DNA of 64,000 nucleotides from Myxococcota bacterium (lineage in GTDB: Bacteria; Myxococcota_A; UBA9160; UBA4427). Under the pieces are notes generated by a model that did no database searches, was not told where the DNA came from, and saw nothing but the letters and a program-made list of their open reading frames with translations. Position 1 is the stretch's first letter, and each line of letters begins with the position of its first letter. A program made the translations under genes and the position numbers. Below, piece after piece: positions 1 to 7,579 of the stretch. The stretch spans positions 5,248,001 through 5,312,000 of the forward strand of contig OZ252299.1 in assembly GCA_965250285.1 (NCBI GenBank). Direction: 5' to 3'.

Positions 1-1
1 T

Positions 2-667
2 CGAGCGCAAGCCTCGTATCCCCCGGCGCAGGAGGGGGAGCCCCTCGGCCCGCGGTGGACGATGCGGTTTCGCAACCCGAGCACCGAGCCCGCGATGCTC
101 GATGCGCTTCGCGCGGAGCGACCCGAGAGCGGCTTCGCCGAGCGCATCGAGAAGCTGCTCGCGCAGCTGCGCGCGACGGGTGCCGACGTCCAGGTCGAAT
201 CGACCGTTCGTCTGCGCCAGCGCGGCTACTTGATGTGGGGCGCGTTCGTGCTCTCTCGAAGCAACGGCGAGAAACAGATCGAAGCGCAGATCGCGCATCT
301 CGAGCGGCGCCGTAGAGAATGGAGCCTCGGCGACGTGACGATCCGCTGGCGTCATCCTCTCGGTCCGCGGGCCACGAAGGCCGCGGCCATCGAGATGGCC
401 GACACCTACGCCGTCGTGTACGCGACCGAAGAAGGCGCACGCAACTCGCGCCACTACGGTGGTCGCGCAATCGACTTCACGGCCGTGGGGCTCCCGCGCA
501 GCTTCGTTCTCACCGCACCGAACGGCCAGCGGCGTCGCTTCGACCTATCCGACCCTTCCGAGACGCGTGATCTCAGCTTGACGCCTCGGCTGGTGCGCTG
601 GATCGAGGAGGCGTTCGGGTTGTCGAAGCTGACTTCGGATTATCCGCACTGGGATGATCGGGGATAG
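2..667 (+). CDS. M15-family zinc metallopeptidase-like protein (D-Ala-D-Ala / L-Ala-D-Glu peptidase fold), probably 5'-truncated by the window edge
   Basis: SRHYGGRAIDF matches the SxHxxGxAxD motif and the C-terminal DYPHW matches D/ExxH. The frame is open from position 2, upstream of the ATG at 62. Confidence 0.6.
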   Translation, partial: RAQASYPPAQEGEPLGPRWTMRFRNPSTEPAMLDALRAERPESGFAERIEKLLAQLRATGADVQVESTVRLRQRGYLMWGAFVLSRSNGEKQIEAQIAHLERRRREWSLGDVTIRWRHPLGPRATKAAAIEMADTYAVVYATEEGARNSRHYGGRAIDFTAVGLPRSFVLTAPNGQRRRFDLSDPSETRDLSLTPRLVRWIEEAFGLSKLTSDYPHWDDRG

Positions 668-691
668 GTAGGCGTGGGCTGGGTGCTCGGG

Positions 692-827
692 TCGGCTTTT
701 CGGGGGTGTCGTCCTCAGATTCCGGCTCGCTGGCTTTACGGGGACGGGGTGTTTTCGCTCGGAGCGGTCGGGGGAGCTGGTGTTGGCGCTCGCCTCCAAC
801 TTGCGGGCGCCACCCCCGAAAAGCCGA
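692..827 (+). repeat. Structured hairpin repeat family A, copy 1
   Basis: TCGGCTTTTCGGGGGTGTCG-TCCTCAGA ... CAACTTGCGGG-CGCCACCCCCGAAAAGCCGA; terminal inverted arms; homologous to 6 other copies in the window. Confidence 0.9.
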
Positions 828-900
828 ACGAACCGGCTCCAGTTCGCGAGGGAGAGGGGTCGAAGGCGCGTCGCGCTCATTGGGCGCGCCTTGCGGGGGA

Positions 901-2199
901 TCAGTCGGTCGGGGGGATGATCGGGGGGGTGAGGAGCGGGGATCTCAGCAGGCCGGCTTCGACGGCCTGGCGAACGGCCTTCGTGTCGGCGAGGGGGCCG
1001 GGGATCGGGGCTCTTCGCCGGGCGAACTGCTGGGCGTTGTCGGTGTAGAAGGTGCGGTGCGCTTCCATCGATGCCCAGGCGCTCGGGATCGAGGCCAGAG
1101 AGAGCGTGATCGTCGAGAGCAGGACGAGGGCCGATCGGTTGCGGCTGGGCTTCAGGCCGTGCGCCTGAAGGAAGGCGACGAAGGTGAGCGCCATCAAGAG
1201 ATGCGAGTACACCCGGTACCGCGAGTCGAAGGCCTGGTCGAGGCCGAAGCCGAACCGCGTAAGCGCGACCGAAGCGAGGGTGAGCAGCACGAAGGTCATC
1301 GCCGCGAACACGCGCGGGTCGCGCCGCCATGTCGAGCCGAGCGCGATCACGACGTAGGCGACGCCGAGACCCCAGCCCGCGAAGCGCGCGAGCCAGCCGA
1401 CCCACGCGTCATCGAACGACACGCCGCCGCCGACGAGCGTGCAGAGATAGTCGAAGGCGGCGACCGGCGACGCGAACGCAGCGAACGGGCTCGGGTGGTG
1501 CTCGGGGCGCGCGTAGTCTGCGAAGTAGAGCGCGATGCATACGAGGGCCCAGACGCCGAATGCGGTCGCCTGCGACCAGGCGCGGGCGTGCAGCAAGAGC
1601 CCGAGGCCGACCGCGAACGTGAAGACGCCGGCCCCCAGGTTCAGGAACGCGAGGGTCGCGAAGAGCGCACCCAGCGCCGTGCGCAGCGGTGTCGGCTTCG
1701 AGAGGCATTCGATCGAGATCAGCGCGCAGAGCAGCATCGGATAGTGCTGGGCTGCGCCGGTCGCCCAGGTCGCAGCCTGCCAGTGCTGCAGCGTGAAGAG
1801 CAGCACGAAGATCGGCGCGGCCGCAAACACACGGTCGGCTCGCGCGCCCGCCGGCAGCCAGCTCGCAACGAGCGCGGCGACGCCGATCAGGCAGGCATTG
1901 CCGAGCCACATCACCGCGCGCAGGTCGAGGTGCCCCGCCGTCGCCGTCACGCCCGCGAAGAACGCCCGCGCCGTGAATGGCCGGTGCTCGTTGTGCAGCG
2001 CGAGCCAGCCCTGGCCGTCGTGGCCGAGCAAGAACCGTACGAAATCGACGTCGTCTTCGACCGGGACGTCGATCGCGAAGAGCCCGAGCGCGACGAAGTA
2101 GAACACGACGGCGGCGAGCGCGACGCAGAAGGCGATGCCGGCGAGCACCTCGCCGTGCCGCGAGGGGGCCTCGTCGACGGCCGGTGCGGGCTGCGTCAT
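901..2199 (-). CDS. Polytopic membrane protein, putative GT-C-type glycosyltransferase
   Basis: Many TM segments; acidic DD motif in the first loop (DVPVEDDVDF) followed by HNEHR; ATG at 2199. Confidence 0.55.
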   Translation of the reverse strand: MTQPAPAVDEAPSRHGEVLAGIAFCVALAAVVFYFVALGLFAIDVPVEDDVDFVRFLLGHDGQGWLALHNEHRPFTARAFFAGVTATAGHLDLRAVMWLGNACLIGVAALVASWLPAGARADRVFAAAPIFVLLFTLQHWQAATWATGAAQHYPMLLCALISIECLSKPTPLRTALGALFATLAFLNLGAGVFTFAVGLGLLLHARAWSQATAFGVWALVCIALYFADYARPEHHPSPFAAFASPVAAFDYLCTLVGGGVSFDDAWVGWLARFAGWGLGVAYVVIALGSTWRRDPRVFAAMTFVLLTLASVALTRFGFGLDQAFDSRYRVYSHLLMALTFVAFLQAHGLKPSRNRSALVLLSTITLSLASIPSAWASMEAHRTFYTDNAQQFARRRAPIPGPLADTKAVRQAVEAGLLRSPLLTPPIIPPTD

Positions 2200-2404
2200 G
2201 GGCTCGCTCTCGGCCAATCCAGTTCCTCGTTCGTCGTGCGTGGACGCCCCGGCTCGACGACGCAGCGTCGTCGAGCGGCTGCATGATAGACTGCGCGGGG
2301 CTTCTTCGGCGCGCGCGGCTCCGCTCGGCCCGAGCGAGCGGTCGCTGGCGGGCGTTCGGCGTGACCTCGGCTGAGGAGCGAGCGAATCCGATGAGCCGAT
2401 CCCG

Positions 2405-4069
2405 TTGAGCACCCGAGACGAGCCCGGGCCGTCGTCGACGCAGGACGGCCGCGAAACCGAGGCGACGGTCGGCCGCTCGCTCGATCTGCATGGCATCGAC
2501 TTCGGCGCGATCCTGCTGGTGGGGGCGCTCTTCGCGTTGGCCGCCGCCCTCATCGTCACCGCCTGGGTCAGCGACGATGCACTGATCACGTTGCACACGA
2601 TCGATCAGTTCCTCGCTGGGCGTGGGCTTCGCTTCAACGCGATCGAACGTGTGCAGGCCTTCACGCATCCGCTCTGGCTCTTCTTCGTGACTCCGTTCTT
2701 CGCGGTGACGAGGGAGGGGCTGTGGGCGGCGATCGTGCCGAGCTGGCTGTGCACGGTCGGCGCCATCTTCTTCGCACTCCGCGTCTGTGGGGCGCGACAG
2801 ACCGGCGGCTGGGTCTGCGTGCTCGCGCTGGCGACATCGAAGTCGTTCGTCGACTACGCGACTTCCGGGCTCGAGAACCCGCTCACGAACGCGCTGCTCG
2901 CCGGTTTCGCGCTCGCTTGGCTCGGCCGCGTCGGTGGCGGAGTCGGGGATGCGCTCGCGCCCCGACGCGTCTTCGTGCTCTCGCTCCTCACCGCGCTCGT
3001 CTTCACCACGCGCGCGGACGCGACCCTCTTCGTCGCACCCACGGCGATCGCGCTCGGCGTACGTGCGTTGCTCGAGCGAAGGCTCGTCGCCTCGCTGCCC
3101 GCGGCGCTTGTGGGCGTGGTGCCGGCCCTGGTCTGGATGGGCTTTGCCTGGCTCTACTTCGGCGCCCCGTGGCCGAACACGGCGTACGCGAAGCTGTCGA
3201 CGGGCATCGACCGCGAGCTGCTGCTGGCCCAGGGCTTCGTGTATCTGCGGGTCTTCGTCGATGCGGATCCCGCTGGCGCGCTCGTGCTGATGGCGGGGGG
3301 GATCGCCGGGCTCGCGAGCCGCCGCCGCGAAGTGCGCCTGCTCGCCGCAGGCGTGCCGCTCTACGTCGGGTACGTCGTCTGGATCGGCGGCGACTTCATG
3401 GCGGGCCGGTTCCTGGCGACGCCGATCTTCGTGGCGGCGCTGCTGCTCGGCCGAGCTGCGAGTGATGCCGGGGAAGGGCGGGCCGCCGAAGCGGGCGACC
3501 GGGTGGCACCGCCCGCATGGCCGGCGCGGTTCGGGCCCGCCATCGCGATCGCGGCGACCTGCGTGGCGGCGCTCTCGCCCGGCTCGCCGCTGCGCGTGTC
3601 GCCGAGCGATACCTACGCGCTGATCGATGCGACCGGCGCCATGCCGGCCCACGGCATCGTCGACGAGCGACTCTGGTACTACACGCGCGCCGGCGCCTTC
3701 TCGGTGCACCGCGACAACGGCCTCGTGCCGCGATCGGCGTGCACGCCTGCGGCCGAACCGCGGGTGATCGTGCGCAACGTGTGCGGTGGGCTCGGCCGCA
3801 CCGCTTTCGAAGGCTGCGCCGACGATCACTGGATCGATCCGTGCGGCCTGAGTGATGCATTTCTCGCGCGACGGCCGCTGCCCGACGGTGCGGTCTGGCG
3901 CATCGGCCACTTCCCCCGCGCGATCCCGCGCGGCTACCGACAGAGCGTCATCGAAGGACGCCCGCGGATGAACGACGCGAGCCTCGACGCCGCCTTCGAG
4001 CAGACGCTGCTCGAGACGCGCGCGCCCGTGTGGGCACCGGAGCGCCTCGTTCACCTGCTCTCGCCCTGA
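2405..4069 (+). CDS. AftB-like GT-C membrane glycosyltransferase
   Basis: WVSDDALIT...G.GLRFN..ERVQAFTHPLW, YATSGLE, PNTAYAK and GGDFMAGRF motifs resemble the arabinofuranosyltransferase AftB family; start uncertain. Confidence 0.7.
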   Translation: MSTRDEPGPSSTQDGRETEATVGRSLDLHGIDFGAILLVGALFALAAALIVTAWVSDDALITLHTIDQFLAGRGLRFNAIERVQAFTHPLWLFFVTPFFAVTREGLWAAIVPSWLCTVGAIFFALRVCGARQTGGWVCVLALATSKSFVDYATSGLENPLTNALLAGFALAWLGRVGGGVGDALAPRRVFVLSLLTALVFTTRADATLFVAPTAIALGVRALLERRLVASLPAALVGVVPALVWMGFAWLYFGAPWPNTAYAKLSTGIDRELLLAQGFVYLRVFVDADPAGALVLMAGGIAGLASRRREVRLLAAGVPLYVGYVVWIGGDFMAGRFLATPIFVAALLLGRAASDAGEGRAAEAGDRVAPPAWPARFGPAIAIAATCVAALSPGSPLRVSPSDTYALIDATGAMPAHGIVDERLWYYTRAGAFSVHRDNGLVPRSACTPAAEPRVIVRNVCGGLGRTAFEGCADDHWIDPCGLSDAFLARRPLPDGAVWRIGHFPRAIPRGYRQSVIEGRPRMNDASLDAAFEQTLLETRAPVWAPERLVHLLSP

Positions 4070-4285
4070 CCGCCGCGCCGACGCGCTCGGCCGGCCTCGG
4101 TCACACACCCCATGCGCACCCGCTGCACGCGAGCTGCGCATGGGTGATGGAACACTGCACGCGGGGGAGGGTTCATCGTGCGCTGGGCCACTGCGGGGGG
4201 GTTCAGTCGCCCCGGTTCGACGCCGATATACGGAGGGAGCGCGGTTATCAAAAGAGGGCCGCGTGCTCGACTCAGGAGCGTCGCC

Positions 4286-4582
4286 ATGATGGAAGCCACG
4301 ATGGGTCATCCCCGCCGAACCGGTCTGACCCGAGCGAAGCGGATCGAACGCCTCTCCCTGATGTTGGGGCTTCCGCTCCTTCTGCTGCTTCTCTCGCTGA
4401 CGGCGGGGATCGTGAACTACACGCCCGTTCGGCAGACCGTGCCCGGTGCGCGCGTCGATCCGACGCCGGTGACGCCCGTCGAGCAGGGTGAGCCGACGAT
4501 CCAGCCGCTGCGCGCGGCGCCGCCGGCGGCGACCGACTCCGCCGGCGAGCTCAGCCTGAACGGCTCCCCGTCGGCGTCGTAG
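4286..4582 (+). CDS. Small single-TM hypothetical protein
   Basis: AGGAG RBS at 4274 before ATG 4286; hydrophobic LMLGLPLLLLLLSLTAGIV segment followed by a Pro-rich tail. Confidence 0.55.
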   Translation: MMEATMGHPRRTGLTRAKRIERLSLMLGLPLLLLLLSLTAGIVNYTPVRQTVPGARVDPTPVTPVEQGEPTIQPLRAAPPAATDSAGELSLNGSPSAS

Positions 4583-4691
4583 CGCCCAGCCTCGATTCAC
4601 GCGAGGCGCCACCCCAGATCACGCGACTCAGGGCCGGTGCGACCCGCGCCGAAAGGCCGAGCTGCGTCGTCGCGCCGACGCAGCGGGCTCT

Positions 4692-5138
4692 TCAGATCTC
4701 GATGCCGTCTTCGTCGGGACGCGCGGGCGAGAAGGGCGAGCCGCCAAAGATCCAGACGAGCGGCTGCAGCACTGTCCCGACCGAGAGCTGGGCCATCTCG
4801 AGGCTGAAGGCGACCGGGCTGCACTGACTGTGTCGCCCGCTCTCGAGTCGTCCGAGTGCGCGCACGAACGTGCTGCGCGTCGGCGTCTTCACACAGTGAT
4901 CGACCACCAGGTTGCCGTCCTTGGCGGCGGCTGCGATCGGGTATGCGACCGGGGTGATGGCCAGCCCGCTGGCCACCTCGACGAGGCCGAGCGGGCGCTC
5001 GACGAAGAGGTCGTAGACCACGGTGGCCGGCGTGGGGGAGGCCGAATCGGCGATCGCCGTCGGGGCCAGACCGCTCCCGAAGACGAGGAGCGGGGCCAGC
5101 GCGGCTGCGATGCGATTGCGCACGGGTCGTCGGTGCAT
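4692..5138 (-). CDS. Secreted or membrane hypothetical protein
   Basis: GGAGG-like RBS; signal-peptide-like N-terminus; D(L)FVERPLG...TF.R.LG pattern seen in small proteobacterial membrane proteins. Confidence 0.55.
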   Translation of the reverse strand: MHRRPVRNRIAAALAPLLVFGSGLAPTAIADSASPTPATVVYDLFVERPLGLVEVASGLAITPVAYPIAAAAKDGNLVVDHCVKTPTRSTFVRALGRLESGRHSQCSPVAFSLEMAQLSVGTVLQPLVWIFGGSPFSPARPDEDGIEI

Positions 5139-5313
5139 CCTGCGGACCTCCCTTGCGGCACGCGCGCCGAGTGGACGCGGGCTGCGCGCCCCTCGATCGT
5201 AGCCCGGCCGGGCCCCTCGATGAGATAGCCTTCCGACGCGCGGGCCTCTCTCGCCGGTTGCGACTCGAATCGCTTCTCTCACCTCTGAGCACGACCTCGA
5301 CGGTGCCGGGGGC

Positions 5314-5946
5314 GTGCGCCGACCCGGAGCCCGATTGTCCGACGACGCCGAATCGCCCCCTCGCCGCGGCGCCATCGTGTTGTGCGGCGGCCAATCGCGC
5401 CGCATGGGCAGGGACAAGGCCTCGCTGCCCTTCGGCGACGAGACTCTGCTCGAGCGCATCGTGCGCATCGTATCGCCCATCGTCGACGAGGTGGTCGTGG
5501 CGGCGCGGGCCGATCAGTCGGTGCCGGGTGACTTCGACGTCGTGCGTGATCCGCCGGGCGCCGAGAGCCCCATGGCCGGGCTCGTCGCCGGCTTGCGCAC
5601 CGTGCGCGCCGAGCGACTCTTCGTGACGGCGTGCGATGCGCCGCTGCTCAGCGCGCCCTTCGTCGAGCGGCTCTTCGAGCTGAGCGAGGGGTACGAGGTC
5701 GCCGTACCGCGCGTCGATGGACACCACATGGTACTCACGGCGATCTACGCGCGTGCGGTGCTGCCGCGGGCCGAAGCGCTCCTCGAAGCAGCGCGGCTTC
5801 GCCCATTCTATCTTCTCGAGCAGTCTGCGACGCGCATCATCGAGGCCGACGAGCTGCGCGACGTCGACCCCGAGCTCGACGGTCTGAGTGACTGCGACAC
5901 GCCGGAGGCCTATGCGTGGGCGCTCGAGCGCGCCGGGCTCGGCTGA
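5314..5946 (+). CDS. mobA: Molybdenum cofactor guanylyltransferase
   Basis: IVLCGGQSRRMGRDKA, P(M)AGL, ACDAP and DTPE motifs; directly upstream of a molybdoenzyme. Confidence 0.9.
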   Translation: MRRPGARLSDDAESPPRRGAIVLCGGQSRRMGRDKASLPFGDETLLERIVRIVSPIVDEVVVAARADQSVPGDFDVVRDPPGAESPMAGLVAGLRTVRAERLFVTACDAPLLSAPFVERLFELSEGYEVAVPRVDGHHMVLTAIYARAVLPRAEALLEAARLRPFYLLEQSATRIIEADELRDVDPELDGLSDCDTPEAYAWALERAGLG

Positions 5947-5995
5947 AGACGTTCGGCGCGATCGCAGGCCCGGGCCGGCGGGCGAGGAGAGGGCC

Positions 5996-7579
5996 TTGAC
6001 GCGAGCGAACGCCATCGAGCTCTTGCAAGCCTGGCAAGCCGAGCACGGACACGTCGACGAACCCGCGCTGCGTGAGATCGCGCGCACGCATCTGATTCCG
6101 CTCTACGAGCTGCAGGGGCTCGTCTCGTTCTATCCCCACTTTCGTTCGACGTCGCCGCCCGATGTCGAGATCGCCGTGTGTCGCGACCTGAGCTGTGCGA
6201 TGCGCGGGGCCGACGCCCTGCGCGGGCGGCTCGAGGCGGCCGCAGCCAAGAGCGATTCGAGCGTCGAGCTGCATTCGGTCTCGTGCCTCGGTCGCTGCGA
6301 TGCGGCGCCGGCCTGTCTGCTCGGTGACGAGCCCGTCGGTCTCGACGCCGTGGCTTCGGCGCTCGGTCTCGCGGCCGACAGCCTCGCCGAGTTCGACGTC
6401 GCGATGCCCTCGACGCCCGACGACGGCTTTGCGAGCGACCCCTACGCAGACGTCTCCGAGCGCTACGGGGGCCTGCGCGCGCTCGCGGCCTCGGGTGACA
6501 CGGCTGCGCTGATCGATCGCATCGAGGCGAGCGGTCTGCGCGGCATGGGAGGGGCGGGCTTCTCGACCGGCTCGAAGTGGCGCTTCGTGGCCGAGGCCGA
6601 AGTGAAAGCCGGCGAAAAGACGGCGATCTGCAACGCCGACGAGAGCGAGCCCGGCACGTTCAAGGATCGTGAGATCCTCGCCCGCCTGCCGCATCTCGTC
6701 GTCGAGGGTCTCGCGCTCGGCGGGCTCTGCGTCGGGGCCGAGCGCGGCATCGTGTTCGTCCGCCACGAGTACGCGCCCGAAACGCGCGCTCTGCGCGGCG
6801 AGCTCGAGCGAGCGCGTGCTTTGGGTGCCATCGGGCCCGACGTCTTCGGCAGCGGACGCGCGTTCGAGGTCGATGTCTTCGTCTCGCCCGGCGGATACAT
6901 CCTCGGTGAAGAGACGGCGCTGCTCGAAGCGCTCGAGGGGCGCCGCGGTGAACCGCGCAACAAGCCCCCCTTCCCGGGCATCGAGGGCTTGCGGGGTGCG
7001 CCCACGCTCATCAACAACGTCGAGACGCTCTGCGCCGTTCCGCGCATCGCCCACGGCGCCTCGGCCGATCTCAAGTTCTTCAGCGTGAGCGGTGACGTGG
7101 AGCGTCCAGGCGTGCACGAGGTGCCCCTCGGTACGCCGCTCAGCGCCCTGATCGAGCGCTGCGGAGGGCTGCGTGAAGGCCGGTCGCTGCTCGCGTTCCT
7201 GCCCGGTGGCGCCAGCACCGGGTTTCTCGGTGCCGAGCACGTCGACCTGCCGCTCGACTGGGATCCGCTCCGCGAGGCCGGCTCGGCGCTCGGCAGCGGC
7301 GCGGTGATCGTCGTGGCCGAAGGCGCCGACCTGCGCGCACTCGCGGGCAACCTGACGGCGTTCTTTCGCAACGAGTCGTGTGGCAAGTGCGTGCCGTGTC
7401 GCATCGGCACCGAGCGAGCGGTGAAGATGATCGAGGACGACGGTCCACTCGACGCGACGCGGCTGCGCGCCCTGGCCGAGCTGCTCGCCGACACGTCGAT
7501 CTGCGGCCTCGGGCAGGCCGCGCTGAACCCGATCACGAGCGTTCTCGAGCGCTTCGATGTCGGCGGGGCATCGTCATGA
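5996..7579 (+). CDS. NAD-dependent formate dehydrogenase diaphorase subunit (NuoE+NuoF fusion)
   Basis: N-terminal [2Fe-2S] motifs CRDLSC...CLGRC; SGLRGMGGAGF, NADESEPGTFKD, YILGEETALL and ESCGKCVPCR...SICGLG; TTG start after GAGGAG. Confidence 0.9.
   Translation: MTRANAIELLQAWQAEHGHVDEPALREIARTHLIPLYELQGLVSFYPHFRSTSPPDVEIAVCRDLSCAMRGADALRGRLEAAAAKSDSSVELHSVSCLGRCDAAPACLLGDEPVGLDAVASALGLAADSLAEFDVAMPSTPDDGFASDPYADVSERYGGLRALAASGDTAALIDRIEASGLRGMGGAGFSTGSKWRFVAEAEVKAGEKTAICNADESEPGTFKDREILARLPHLVVEGLALGGLCVGAERGIVFVRHEYAPETRALRGELERARALGAIGPDVFGSGRAFEVDVFVSPGGYILGEETALLEALEGRRGEPRNKPPFPGIEGLRGAPTLINNVETLCAVPRIAHGASADLKFFSVSGDVERPGVHEVPLGTPLSALIERCGGLREGRSLLAFLPGGASTGFLGAEHVDLPLDWDPLREAGSALGSGAVIVVAEGADLRALAGNLTAFFRNESCGKCVPCRIGTERAVKMIEDDGPLDATRLRALAELLADTSICGLGQAALNPITSVLERFDVGGASS

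Noticed and set aside
692..827. Repeat A as integron attC sites, CRISPR repeats or intrinsic terminators
   Set aside because: There are no RYYYAAC/GTTRRRY ends and no integrase, the copies are dispersed rather than arrayed with spacers, there is no U-tract after the stem, and two copies lie between divergent genes.
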